Source: Squalus acanthias
Taxonomy: Eukaryota
Direction of reading: 5' to 3'
Length of the DNA: 64,000 nucleotides
NCBI GenBank assembly: GCA_030390025.1
Contig: CM059442.1
Location: 40,114,001 to 40,178,000 of the forward strand
Position 1 is the first letter of the stretch. Each line of letters opens with the position of its first letter. The notes beneath the pieces are model-generated. The model made no database searches. It was not told the origin of the DNA and worked only from the letters and a program-made list of their open reading frames with translations. Position numbers and translations under genes: made by a program. Below, piece after piece: positions 13,220 to 26,216 of this stretch.

Positions 13220-14803
13220 TCATCTTGTCAATCAGACTAACCTCCTGCTCTCTCGACCCTATTCCCACTAAACTGCTGACAACCTAGCTTCCCTTCCTGG
13301 CTCCCATGTTAGCTGATATTGCTAACGGTTCTCCCTCTTCAGGTATTGTCTCCCTTTCCTTCAAATCTGCCATCATCACCCCTCTCCTTAAAAAAATAAT
13401 GCTTGTCCCCTCCGTCCTTGCAAATTAGCACCCCATCTCCAACCTCCCTTTCCTCTCCAAAGTCCTTGAACGTTTGTCGCCACCCAAATCCGTGCCCATC
13501 TTTCCCGGAACTCCTTGTTTGAATCCCTCCAATCAGGCTTCCGCCCCTGCCAAAGTACCGAAACGGATCTTACCAATCCTAATTGAATGTGGCAAAGGTA
13601 AACTATCCCTTCTCGTCCTTCTCGACCTGTCTGCAGCCTTTGACACGGTTGACTGCAAAATTCTGCCCCAACACCTCTCCACCGTCGTTCAGCTGGCTAG
13701 GACTGCAGTCACCTGGTTCCATTCTTATCTAATCGTAGCCAGAAAATCACCCGCAATGGCTTCTCTTCCCGATCCCGCAGTGTCACCCCTGGTGTCCCCC
13801 AAGGATCTATCCTTGGCCCCTCCTATTTCTCATCTACATGCAGCCCCTCGGTGACATGATCCAGCGACACAGCATGAGTTTTCACATGTACACTGATGAC
13901 CCCCAGCTCTCTCGAACCCTCCACCGTCTCTATACTGTCAGACTGCTTGTCCGACATCCAGCACTGGATGAATAGAAATTTCTTCCAATTAAGTAACGGG
14001 AAGACCGACGCCATTGTCTTTGGTTCACGCCACAAAGTCAGTTCCCTTTCCACTGATTCGATCCCTCTCTCTGGCAACTGTCTGAGACTGATTTCTGTTC
14101 ATAGACTTGGTGTCATATGTGGTCATGAGTTGAGCTTCCTACCTCATATCCGTCCATCACTCAGACCACCCATTTCCACCTCTATAACATCGCCTGTCTC
14201 CGCCCTTGCCTCAGTTTATCTGCTGCCGAAACCCTCATCCATGCCTTTGTTACCTCTAGACTTGACTATTCCAACGCACTCCTGGCTGGCCTCCCACATT
14301 CTACCCTACGTAAACTTGAGGTCATCTAAAACTCTGCCATCCGTTTCCTAACTTGCACCAAGCCCCATTCACCTATCACCCCTGTGCTCGCTGACCTACA
14401 TTGGCTCCCAGTTAAGCAACGCCTCGATTTCAAAATTCTCATCCTTGTTTGCAAATCCCTCCATGACCTTGCCCCTCCCTATCTCTAATCTCCTCCAGCC
14501 CCATTATCCCCCCAAGATCTCTGCACTCTGCCAATTCTGGCCTCTTGAACATCCCCGATTTTAATTGCTCCACCATTGGTGGCCGTGCCTTCAGCTACCT
14601 AGGTCCTAAGCTCTGGAATTCCCTCCCTAAATCTCTCCGCCTCCCTTTCCTCCTTTATCACGCTCCTTAAAACCTACCTCTCATCTGCCCTAACATCTCC
14701 TTATATGGTCAGTGTCAAATTTTGTTTTTTGATAACGCTCCTGTGAAGCGCCTTGGGACGTTTTATTACGTTAAGGGAGCACTATAAATGTAAGTTGTTG
14801 TTG
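13220..14803 (+). mobile_element. L2 LINE, 5'-truncated and degraded (RT and 3' UTR)
   Basis: Motifs LLVLLDLSAAFDTVD and LSDCLSDIQHWMNRNF; ends in the tail gcactataaatgtaagttgttgttg. Confidence 0.88.
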
Positions 14804-15097
14804 CTGAGTGGTTGCAATAGAGTTGAGGTTTGTTGTCACATAAAAGATCATTCCAAATGGCTGCCAGGCCAATAGTAAGCCACAATATGTTTTACAAACA
14901 GCAATTGCTCTCATTTAATTCGTCAACTAGTCCACTGCAGGCCTCCCCTATTGATGGCTCAGTGAATGCATGCCGGGATGGGGGTTGAACTTACAGACCA
15001 GGAGGGGCCACACTCAGTTCTGAGCTAACTGACATCAGCCAAGACAGCAGTGCAGATACTCTAGTTGGCCTTAGCATCTTTGGGATAGGGAGAAGAT

Positions 15098-15456
15098 AAA
15101 TAAGAACATAATGGATGCATTTGTTGTGATCTTCCAAAATTCCCTAGATTCTAGAACAGTCCCAGCGGATTGGAAGGTAGCAAATGTAACCCCGCTATTC
15201 AAGAAAGGAGGGAGAGAGAAAACAGGGAACTGCAGACCAGTTAGCCTGACATCAGTCGTCGGGAAAATGCTGGAATCCATTATTAAGGAAGTGGTAACAG
15301 GGCACTTAGAAAATCATATGATTAGGCAGAGTCAACATGGTTTTATGAAAGGGAAATCGTCTTTAAATTTATTAGAGTTTTTTGAGGATGTAACTAGCAG
15401 GGTAGATAAAGGGGAACCAGTGGATGTAATATATTTGGATTTCCAAAAGGCATTCG
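15098..15456 (+). mobile_element. CR1 (HER1-type) internal RT fragment within an older SINE
   Basis: PADWKVANVTPLFKKG...RPVSLTSVVGK...YLDFQKAF; highly similar to 28580-28915. Confidence 0.88.
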
Positions 15457-16193
15457 AGGTTCCACTCCTGAATCCTGCTGAGCTGTATTTGCCTATGGTC
15501 ATCAGGTGAGAACGGGTTTAGGCTTTTCTGTGATGCCCCACCCATGGAAAATAGTCTTTCACACTCGCTGTCTAGACTCCCACATAGCTTGTATCATCTG
15601 ATTGAAGTCATATTGAATCACAGCAAATACACTATCTGTGCCCTGGCTTCTCAGGATACTCCATGCACCATTATCTGTTAAGGCAGCAGAGGGTTAGACG
15701 GGGGAATCCATCAATATAACTAATCTGGTTTACCGTTAAAGATGATAAGACTATATTTTTTCTTTCCTGTACAGATGCAGATTCTTGATCGTGACCTGTC
15801 AAGCTGGATGGTTTTGTTTTCCATGCGCTGTATTTGGGATGCTTGATAGTTGTCAGTGATGTTCTCTCCTCATCATTATCTTTCTCCTCTTCAGTCACAG
15901 TGATGGCATTATGATTAATATCCACCTAAAGTGCTTTTAGATTTAGATGATTCAGCTGTGTGGATACAAAAGACAGAATTACATTCATCCACTTTGCAAG
16001 TCTTTGAATTACATGAGTCATAAGATATTAACTACTGTCTGACATTACTGGGCATTATTTAAAGTACAGATGATAAGAGAGTTGAATCAGTTTATTGGTG
16101 TTTGTGGGACAATATGTTTTCATACCACTTTGGTGCAGGTATAACTATGGCAGGAGCTGAGAATCATAAGGAATATATTATAAAAATGTCTCT

Positions 16194-16512
16194 ACATAGG
16201 ATATACAGCGCAGAAACAGGCCATTCGGCCCAACCAGTCCATGCTGGCGTTTATGCTCCACTCGAGCCTCCTCCTGTCTTTCCTCATCTATATCTACCAG
16301 CGTAACCCTCTATTCACTTCTCCCTCACGTGCTTATTTAGCCTCCCCTTAAATGCATCTTATACTATTCGCTTCAACCACTCCCTGTGGTAGCGAGTTCC
16401 ACATTCTCACCACTCTCTGGGTAAAGAAGTTACTTCTGAATTCTCTGTTTGATATCTTGGTGACTATCTTATATTGATGGCCTCTAGTTTTAACTTTGCT
16501 CTTCCTCACAAG
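16194..16512 (-). mobile_element. CR1 3' end fragment
   Basis: TRGHQYK...FFTQRVVRMWNSLP plus a CR1-type 3' UTR (gggccgaatggcctgtttctg). Confidence 0.85.
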
Positions 16513-16518
16513 TTTTAA

Positions 16519-16883
16519 AATGAGAAGTCGCACAACACCAGGTTATAATCCAACAGTTTTATTTGAAATTACGAGCTTTCGGAGCGCTGCTCCTTCGTCA
16601 GGTAAAGTGAGGGAATACAAATCAGTTACGAAGCATATATAGACAGAGAACAATGTGTCTGCAGAGATACAATCCGTCAGGGAGGCATTACATCAAAGAC
16701 ACAGCAGAATACAGCTAAGACAATGAGGTGGGGTCACAGGGGGTCCAACGTGTCAAATGCTGCAGTCTGCAGTTAAGCTTTTTACTTTTTTTTTAAACTG
16801 GAAATCACACCTGTGAACAAGACAACGACGACTCTAGTCTGGACTCTTGTCCACCCCAGTCTAACACCGGCATCTCCGCATCA
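16519..16883. mobile_element. Penelope-like family B terminal-repeat insertion: inverted body (-) plus ~36-nt tail (+)
   Basis: Closely matches 51274-51695. TSD TCACAAGTTTTAA at 16506-16518 and 16884-16896. Confidence 0.85.
16569..16610 (-). ncRNA. Minimal hammerhead ribozyme motif (Penelope family B)
   Basis: Minus strand reads CTGACGA-a-ggagc agc gctcc-GAAA-gctc. Confidence 0.7.
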
Positions 16884-17103
16884 TCACAAGTTTTAATTCA
16901 AGGACTCCTTGGATTTAGGACGATTTCACTCCGCTTCAGATTAATTTAAACTGCTGGAACTTGATGACTGTCACCCAGCCGTAAAGCTAACGAATGAGCC
17001 CCGCGGCCGCCCCTCGTTAGGTACAGTGAGATTCTCACCCACAGCTGCAGCGGCCAGGCAGGGCCCTGGACCCACAGTTACCCCGGGCGGCCCTTCTCTT
17101 TTA

Positions 17104-17244
<141 letters not shown>

Positions 17245-17749
17245 TCACAGCTATATTTATATTACCTGGAATTGTGGACATCAGAGATTGCACCATTGAG
17301 CTCTCAAGTGAAACATGAGTGGATTACGAACTCTGAAGATAGTCTCCTCCCTCAATTTAGTTACTGGGTCTGGTCTAAAACATTTTGCGGGTAATTTTAA
17401 CCTAATGCGCCGGGTGGGAAACCCACGGGATTGGGTGGAACGCTGGTTTTGCACCCCGCCCAATATTACTCTCGTTGACTTATGGCATTATGATGCCTCC
17501 CATGTCTTTTCCCAGCCAGGTCTACAACATTTACAGAGGCTGCCCACATCAATGGGAATCCAGGCACTGAGGAGAACACGGATATAACTTTAAAGGGTGA
17601 GAAAGAAGATTGCTTCCACAGCTTTGAGACCAGTTCTGGCTGGCTTTCTTTTCTCTATTGTGCTTTTTTCCTCCTGGTACTTCGGTCCTCATAAGTCTTT
17701 GTGCCAATAGTTTTTACATTGTTTTTCCCCCGGCACCAATACTGGGCAC

Positions 17750-18050
17750 CTGCTGCTGGGCCTGGCCAAAGTGGCCATTAACAGGTCCAGGCAGCGGGCG
17801 GTCGAGGGGGTCGTTCGGCCCGATTGCCTGCCTCTCTTCCGCGGCTATGTTCGCGCCCGGGTGGCCCTGGAGATGGAGCAAGCGGTGTCCACCGGCACAC
17901 TTGAGGCCTTCCGAGACCGGTGGTTGCCGCGGGGACTGGAGTGCATCGTCGACCCGGGCAATGTAATTATAATTTAATTTGATAAGTTTTATTTAAAGTT
18001 TTGTTAATTTTCAGTTAATTTACAGTTAATTTGGTTCAAAACAAAAGAGG
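17750..18050 (+). mobile_element. L1-clade (Tx1-like) LINE extreme 3' fragment
   Basis: LLGLAKVAINRSRQ...FRGYVRARVALE...AFRDRW resembles the Tx1-type ORF2 C-terminus. AT-rich 3' UTR and 15-bp TSD ACCAATACTGGGCAC at 17735-17749 and 18051-18065. Confidence 0.8.
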
Positions 18051-19199
18051 ACCAATACTGGGCACAATGGGCCCTCCAATTCGATGCATCTATTTAGTGG
18101 ACTAGAAATAAATTGGGTTCAGCTGTTGCACACACTCTATAATCACACTAAAAATACATTCTGAACTCAATTTTTAAGTTAATAACTGTTGTATTTTGCG
18201 GCCTATCTGTGAAGCATTTTTAATAAGGTTAGCAGAAGATTTTCTACCTCTGGCTAAAATGTATTTAATTCAAGAATTCAATCCAATAATATACCCTGAA
18301 TTAAATTTAATAAATCCTAATTGGGTTTTGTACAAAGGACTGTCTGTGTTTGGTCTTAATAAATGGGTCAGTCAACCATTACTAATGAGATAAATGTGTC
18401 CAAGTGGCAAAAGATTTTTTTCCAGTTAACCTGTATTCTGTGTGCATTTTAACATTAGGGCAATGTATCATGTTAAAGGATAGCGGGAGGTCATGTATGA
18501 AATAGTTATTAATGATATTTTGATTCTATTTTCTTGAAAGCAGGGCAAATTCTTCCCTTTCTCAATAAGTGAGTTAAATGCCAGACTTGATTAGTTCTGG
18601 CGCTGTGCTCGGATGTCGAAAACAGCCTAAAGATAGCTCCGAAATGCCAATACTGCATGAAATGAGCAAATTAATTTTACTGTGTGCATGGGGAGGGGAG
18701 GAGGAGAAGGATGTGCAAAAATAGCATCCTCACCAAATCTCGGTGTTACACAACAACAACTTGCATTTTTCTAACTTCTTTAGCGTAGTAAAAATGTCTC
18801 GCACCTATAAGGAAAGAAGATCGTATGATGCCTTTTTAAAAAAACTTAAATTATACTGAAGGCATAACTGCAGGGGATAGTGGGCTTTGATGAAGATTTC
18901 AGTGAGCAGCTTGGAATACTTGAGGGGTAAAATACCACAGCTGTACTGAATTTACCCAGAAAATACCCCTGTGGAAAAAATATTGCAAAAAAAAAAGGAC
19001 TCGTAAGTCAGGTGTAGCACAGAACAGATATAGTATAAAGATTTCTGGACTCGGCATCAACCATGTGCTTTCATTGCAATCTCAGAAGAGCACATCCTAC
19101 TGCACCAGTGTGAACTTTTCCACGTCCCCCATTGACTATTCCTTGGGGCCTTTTTTGTTTGATGATTGCCTGTTTGGTGCCAAACTGTGGGTATTTTTG

Positions 19200-19352
19200 C
19201 GCTGTGGATCCACAGGAACTGGATTGAGACTGCCAAAGCTCATTCCACACAGGACCTTTACAACCAACAGAGAGCAGACACTTATCCCATCAGTGGGTTG
19301 GACCAATGCCCAGGTTCCAGACGTGAAAGGATAGTGTGAACTGCACTGTTCC
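19200..19352 (-). mobile_element. Old tRNA-derived SINE fragment (same family as 31405-31568)
   Basis: Shares gaactgg.ttgaga.tgcc.aagctcattccaca with 31425-31460 and has a degenerate head (cctttcacgtctggaacctggg on the minus strand). Confidence 0.5.
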
Positions 19353-20071
19353 CCTAGTATAAATATTTCCAAATGAAGAAATTCATTTTATATTAAAATG
19401 CTCTCACATATCACAAACCTTGAAATAGTTAATGTGGCCTGGTGCCAAAATACCACTTAAGTATTTTTTTAAAAAAAGGCATCATATGATCTTCTTTCCT
19501 TATTGACCAGCTATAACATGATTTGCTCTCCCCTCCCCCACCATCACACTTGGCTGTTAAGATACTGAGGAGACCCAGTGAACTGCTGTTGAACTGAAGA
19601 ATAGATTTGAAGGGGGAGTTTAAAGAAAAGAAGCATTCAACTGCCTATTGGGCAAGCTGAACAAGAGCAGTCTGTTCAGGAGTCCTAAATGAATTGTCAA
19701 TGAGAGTACAAGACTGTGTAGCAACTGAGAAATTCTTCAGACTTTCTTCCAATCTATTCTTCAGGAATCAGGACTAAGAACAATTAGGCCATGTTTTTAA
19801 ATTAACAGCTTAATAAAACAGCGCCTTATACGGAAGAATATACAGTTTCCCTATCCGTGTCATTTTATATTCAGCTGAGACTAAGAGTTGTGGTATTCAA
19901 AGAACAGACACTTCCTGTTGCCAAAAAAACCTCCTTGGTTATATTGGGATAGAGGCTTGCACTGTTACTAATGCTATAATTGAATACACAGGGGCAAATT
20001 GTTTTCAGACCACCTGCTTTTAAGAGTAGAAATGTATAAAGTGAGGCAATAACACACAGAAAGCTTAAGTA

Positions 20072-20540
20072 GAATCATAGAATGATACAGTCCAGAAGGA
20101 GGCCCTTCGGCCCATCGTGCCTGTGTGGGCTCTTTGGTAGAGCGATCCAATTAATCCCACTCCCCTGCTCTTTCCCCATAGCCCTGTAATTTTGTTCCCT
20201 TCAAGTATTTATACAATTCTCTTTTGAAAGTTACTAGAGAATCTGCTTCCACCACACTTTCAGGCAGTGCATTCCAGATCACAACAATTTGCACTATAAA
20301 AAAAATGTTTCCTCGTGTCGTCTCTGGTTCTTTTGCCAATCACCTTCAATCTGTGTCCTCTGGTTACCCACCCTACTGTCACTGGAAACAGTTTCTCCTT
20401 ATTTACTCTATCAAAACCCTTCATGATTTTGAACACCATAATCCAATCTCCTCTTAGCCTTCTTTGCACTAAGGAGAACAACTCCAGCTTCTCCAGTCTC
20501 TCCACATAAGTGAAGTCTCTCTCATCCCTGGTACCATTCA
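20072..20540 (-). mobile_element. CR1 3' fragment
   Basis: YVERLEKLELFSL..RRLRGD..TRGH..WNALP and a CR1 3' UTR. Confidence 0.88.
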
Positions 20541-20954
20541 AGTAAACTCTATTATTACATTCAAAGTTGCACTCTTTTGAAGTCCAAGGAACTGAGGAAG
20601 GAGCAGCTTGATCAGGAGGTCCACCTCATGGATGTTTCTGCTCTGCAGGCTATAATGGGACTTCAGGGGAGTTGGGGTCATTGGAACTCTCGGTGTCTTC
20701 GGTGGGATTCACAGTCACAAGCTCTTCTGTTGGTGTGACAAGGTATTTTGCTGTTCTTTCCCCCTTATCCTCTTTGGTCTTCCTGTGTCATGGACCAATC
20801 ACTCACCAAAAGGGCAAGCAGACTGCCCACTCCTGCCAGTGCTGTTTGCTAATCGACTGCTAGGATGCGTGCTGGAGCTGCCCGGAGTGTTCTCCCTCTC
20901 ATTTTACCTTTAATCCTGTAGAAAGACACAGGCCCTCTCCTTACAATGGCACGG

Positions 20955-21225
20955 TTGAGATCAGGGACGCAACGTCGGGGAGAGAAGTTAGGAAACACTT
21001 CTTCACGCAAAGGGTGGTAGAAGTGTGGAACTCTCTCCCACAAAAAGCTGTAGCTGCTAGCTCAATTCATAATTTTAAATCTGAAATCAATAGCTTTTTT
21101 TCTAGACAAGGGTATTAAGGGATATGGAGCAAGGCAGGTGGATGGAGTTAAGGGGCAGATCAGCATGATCTCATTGAATGGCAGAACAGGCTCGAGGGGC
21201 TGAATGTCCTACTCCTGCTCCTAAG
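20955..21225 (+). mobile_element. CR1 3' fragment
   Basis: ttcttcacgcaaagggtggtagaagtgtggaactctctccc and the tail ggctcgaggggctgaatgtcctactcctgctcct. Confidence 0.8.
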
Positions 21226-21514
21226 AATTGTTCAGTTATTATGTGCAGTAAAATGATAAATATCTCCGAGAAGACTTCCTCTGTTCACAATTTTTAGCAA
21301 AATCGTTATTACATTTTAAAACAACAGGCTTGCAATATCACTAGAAATCCCCCAGAGAGAGAGGAAATCTTAAAAATCATTTCTGGTGTCGCTACACATA
21401 GTGGACTTCTTACCCCACATGTGGAATTGGAGTTAGTGCCGAATGTCCAACTCTATCTGTGCTATAAGAATATTCAAAATCATTATACATAAGCTGCAGA
21501 TGGTTACGTTTAAA

Positions 21515-22213
21515 AATTGAAAATGCTGGAAACACTCAGCAGGTCAGGCAGCAGCTGTAGAGAGAGAAACAGAGTTAACGTTTGCGATCGATGACCTTTC
21601 ATCAGAACTGGAAGAAGTTAGAGATTTAGCAGTTTAGAAGCAAGCATAGTGCCAGGAAAAAAGGGGTGAGGGAGGAAAGAACAAAGGGGAAGGTCTGTGA
21701 TTAAGGTGGAGGGCAGGAGTGATTAAATGACAAAGGGATGATGGTGCAAGGCAAAAGGGGTTAATAAAGAAATAATGGGTCAATAAAGAAACAAAAGATA
21801 GGTCTACAGGAGGTGTCAATTCAAAAGCAGAACCATTACCAGTTCCTACTGTCCGAGAAAATGGAGTGGTGATTATGATCTGAAGCTGTTGAACTCAATG
21901 TTGAGGCCGGAAGGCTGTAAAGTGCATAACTGAAAGATGAGGTGCTGTTCCTCGAGCTTCTGTTGAACTTCATTGGAGCAGAAGAGGAGGCCGAGGACAG
22001 AGAGGTCAGAGTGGGAGTGGAATGGAGAATTAAAATGGCAAGTGACTGGAAGCTCAGGGTCACGCTTGTGGACTGAATGGAGGTGTTCAGCAAAGCAGTC
22101 ACCCAATCTACGTTTCGTCTCCCCAATGTAGAGGAGGCCACATCGTGAGCAGCGAATTACAGTACACTAAATTGAAAGAAGTACAAGTAAATCACTGTTT
22201 CACCTGGAAGGAG
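21515..22213 (-). mobile_element. Penelope-like family A 3' fragment (GIY-YIG end + UTR)
   Basis: GDCFAEHLHSV..PVTCHFN..KLEEQHLIF..QPSGLNIEF; the hammerhead core is mutated (GAAA>CAAA) at ~21580. Confidence 0.88.
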
Positions 22214-23023
22214 TAAGCAAGTGACAGCAGTGGACCCCTACTTTTGAGGCATTCATCTCCCAAAACCCGGGAGTAAAAGAATCGCGGCCAGTGAGAGTGC
22301 AGCGTGAACGTGGCAGTATGGGCACTGTCGGGGTTTTAACCCCACCTCCTCCCTGTGCCCCGTTCTCAGTTAAAATCAGGCCTTAAACATTCAGGCTAGC
22401 AAGCAGGTACAACCTAGAAACATTCCATGTCATAGGTTGGATTCTCTCTCTTAACTAAGTTGCTGTAGCAGGCCTAAGACACTACAATTCATCTTAGCAG
22501 CCCCCACCCCATAACACCAAGAGGGAAAAGTCAGCCAGGCCTTCTGATCCTGATCACTATCCAGTGAGCCCCCTAATTTGCCGTAATAGTGCACAGGATG
22601 ATCTCATGGAATGTATTCAAGCTTGTTTTCTAGATCAGTATGTCGAGGAACCAACTCGGGAACAAGTTATTTTAGATCTAGTATTGTGCAATGAGACAGG
22701 GTTAATTAATAACCTTGTAGTAAAGGAGCCTCTGTGGAAGAGTGATCATAATATGATAGAATTTTGTATTGAGTTTGAGAGTGATTTAGTTAAGTCCGAA
22801 ACTAGGGTCTTAAATTTGAACAAAGCAACGTCCATAGGTATGAGGGTCGAGTTGGCTTAGGTAGATTGGGAAACTAGATTAAAAGATATGATGGTACATA
22901 AGCAATGGCAAACATTTAAAGAATGAATTAATAATTCGCAATAAATATACATTCCCTTAAGGAATAAAAATCCCACAGGAAAATTGGTCCAACCTTGGCT
23001 AACAAGAGAAGTTAAAGATAGTA

Positions 23024-24102
23024 ATAAAACCAGAAAATGCTGGAAATACTCAGCAGGTCAGGCAGCATCTGTGGAGAGAGAAACAGAGTTAACGTTTCAT
23101 GTCGATGACCCTTCGTCAGAACTGGAAAAAGTTAGAGATATAGCAAGTTTTAAGCAAGTGCAAAGGCAGGGAAAGGGGGAAAGAACAAAAAGGAAGATCT
23201 GTGATAGGGTGGAAGGCAGGAGAGATTAAAAGACACAAGGGATGATGGTGCAAGGCAAGAGGAGATGGTAATAGGACAAGTAAAGAAACATAAAATGATA
23301 CCAGAAGAGGTGTAAATGAGAATAGTAGACTCATCAACAGCTGCCGTCTGAATAAATAGGGGCCCGAGGTTATGGTCTGAAATTGTTGAACTCCGTGTTG
23401 AGTCCGGAAGGCTGTAAAGTGCCTAATCGAAAGATGAGGTGCTGTTCCTCGAGCTTACGTTGAGCTTCATTGGAACACTGTAGGAGGCCAAGGACGGAGA
23501 GGTCAGAGTGGAGCAGAGAATTAAAGTGACAGGCGACCGGAAGCTCGGGGTCACGCTTGCGGACTGAATGGAGGTGTTCCGCAAAGCAGTCACCCAATCT
23601 GTGTTTGGCCTCCCCAGTGTAGAGGAGACCACATCGTGAGCAGCGAATACATTATACTCAATTGAAAGTACAAGTAAATCGCTGTTTCACCTGGAAGGAG
23701 TATTTGGGCCTTGGACAGTGGGAAAGGAGGAAGTAAAAGGGCAGGCGTTGCATCTCCTGCGCTTGCACAGCAAGGTACTGTGGGAAGGGGAGGGGCTGTT
23801 GGGGGTAATTGAGGAGTGGACCAGGGTGTCGCAGAGGGAATGGTCCCTTCGGAATGCTGAAAGGGGAGGGGAGGTGAGGGTGTGTTTGGTGATGGGATCA
23901 CGCTGGAGGTGGCGGAAATGGCGGAGGATGATCCGTTGAATGTGGAGCCTGGTGGGTTGGAAGGTGAGGCCAAGGGAAACCTACTGTGGTTCTTGGAGGG
24001 AGGGGAAGGGGTGAGAGCAGAACTGCGGGAAATGGAACAGACACGGTTGAGGGCCCTGTCAACCATGGTGGAGGGGAATCCTCGGTTGAGGAAGAAGGAA
24101 AT
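23024..24102 (-). mobile_element. Penelope-like family A fragment nested in CR1
   Basis: GIY-YIG C-terminus in ORF 23370-23597; intact hammerhead core at ~23085-23125; TSD TTAAAGATAGTA at 23012-23023 and 24103-24114. Confidence 0.9.
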
Positions 24103-24840
24103 TTAAAGATAGTATTAGATTAATGGAAGAGGCTTATAATGTTGCGAAAAAGAGTAGTAAGCCTGAGGATTTTAGAATTCAGCAAAGGATGACCAAGAAA
24201 TTGATAAAGAGAGAGAAAAGAGAATATGAGAGTAAACTAGCAAGAGACATAAAAATAGATTGTAAAAGCTTCTATAGCTATGTAAAAAGGAAGAGATTAG
24301 TGAAAGTAAACATGGGTCCCTTACTGGAAGAGACAGGAGAAATTATAATGGCGAATAAGGAAATGACAGAGACATTAAACAAATATTTTGGGCTAGAAAT
24401 TGGGCTCCTTTGCGCCTCCGGGGGGCACTAATGGGGCTCAAATGGGCTTGCGACCAGGTGTGGTAATATCAACGCCTCCCGCTAAATTCGGCGGGAGTTT
24501 TGCAGTGGCGGTAAGACGTTGCGCCCCGATCTCCTGCGCTCGGAGATCGTGACATCATTGCCGTGCGCAGCGCCCCGGATGAAAAATTCCCTCTCGCCCC
24601 CTGCTTGTGCGCCTGCCGTTAACAACGACAGGTAGAGGAGGCGGCTTTCAGTCGGATGTCCCCTGGAGCAGCGCTATTTAAAGGCGTCCACATCCGGTTT
24701 AGTTTTCGTCAGCCAACAATGCTGCGTTGTTAGTTTCACAAGAGGCCTTTTGACCAATTTGAGCGTTTTGCATTCTGGCACATAAAGATTCTTCAGTTTC
24801 ATTCAGGGGAGATTTGAAAGTGCAATATTTGTATCCTTTC

Positions 24841-25914
24841 ATGGGGGCTGTACTGGCACTGGACCTCGCCTTCCAGCATCAACATCGGAGGTAACTGAGG
24901 CACAGAGAAAGAATGCAAAATGTGGCCAGAGGTAGGAGGGCCAACAGGGCTTTCAACAGGACGCCTTAACCACCCAGGGTATTCCGGCAGCATTTCTCCT
25001 ACATGAATTTCACTGAGGAGCAGTGTGTTAGAAGGCTCCGCTTCAGCAAGGACGTGGTCACAGAGCTCTGCCACCTCCTGCAGCCAGACCTCGAGCCTCA
25101 GATCAGGACCACCATGGCTCTCTCAGTGGCAGACAAGGTCACCGTTGCCCTCAATTTCTACGCCAGCGGATCATTCCAGTGTGCAACAGGCGACATCTCC
25201 AACATCTCCCAGTTTGCCGTCCATTGCTCCATCTGCCAGGTCACAGATGTTCTGTACAGAAGGAGAAGGGACAACATTTCCTTCCCCATGACCAGAGAGA
25301 AGCAGCACGAGCGTGCATGTGGCTTTGCCAGGATAGCGAGCTTCCCCATGGTGCAGGGCGCCATTCACTGCACCCACATCGCTTTGCGGGCACCTCATAA
25401 CAATCCTGAGGTATTCCGTAACCGCAAAGGCTACCACTCACTTAATGTGCAGTTAGTGTGCGGCCACACACGGTGAATCTTGACCGTCAATACCCGCTAT
25501 CCTGGCAGCAGCCACAATGCCTTCATCCTGCGCCAGACCGGTGTGCCAGATCTATTTCAGCCACCACATCAAGCTCGCGGCTGGCTGCTGGGAGACAAGG
25601 GCTATCCGCTCACCACCTGGCTCATGACTCCCCTCCGCAACCCCAACACTCCTGGCCAGCACTCATATAATGAGAGCCATGCTGCCACCAGGAGCATCAT
25701 CGAGCAGACCATCGGAGTGCTCAAGCAACGGTTCCGCTGCCTTGACTGCTCGGGAGGAGCCCTCCGGCACTCAGCTGAGCGGGTGTCACTTTTCGTCATT
25801 GTCTGCTGCATGCTGCACAACTTGGCCATTGTGAGGGCACAGCCATTGCCACCAGGCATAACTCCACCACCTCAGGAGGAGGAGGAGGAGGAAGAGGAAC
25901 AGAAGGTCGAATAA
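24841..25914 (+). pseudogene. Harbinger (HARBI1-like) DDE transposase, inactivated
   Basis: Motifs VTVALNFYASGSFQ, GAIHCTHI (canonical GAIDCTH, so catalytic D>H), NRKGYHSLNVQLVC, LLGDKGYP and IEQTIGVLKQRFRCL. In-frame TGA at 25474-25476 plus stops upstream of 25003. Confidence 0.9.
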
Positions 25915-26216
25915 CAGCGACAGAGGAGGCAGCCACTCAATCGGCGTTCTGCAACGTGACCACCTCATCAGACTTCGTTTCCAGTGACTTCGAGTCCTCT
26001 TTCCAGTTGCTGAGCACGTCGCCATCATTTCATCTCTTTGTGATTCCATACCACACCCCAGAACTGAAATAAGACACAGCACCAAATCTGCAACATTCCA
26101 GTAATAAATTGATCAAAAACCATTAAATACATATATACAACAACGATACTGACTAATCACCCTTGTGCAAACCCTTGCCTCCCCTCTTTACAGTCCCCTT
26201 TCCTAATCTAGTGCTC

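Noticed and set aside
15734-15925. Possible minus-strand coding exon (VDINHNAITVTEEEKDNDEER...) with AG/GT-like borders
   Set aside because: No recognisable homology, a weak polypyrimidine tract and no partner exons. It is not excluded, and RNA-seq would decide.
20560-20920. Protein-like stretch on the minus strand after a tctttctacag acceptor
   Set aside because: Stops in all three frames and no recognised family.
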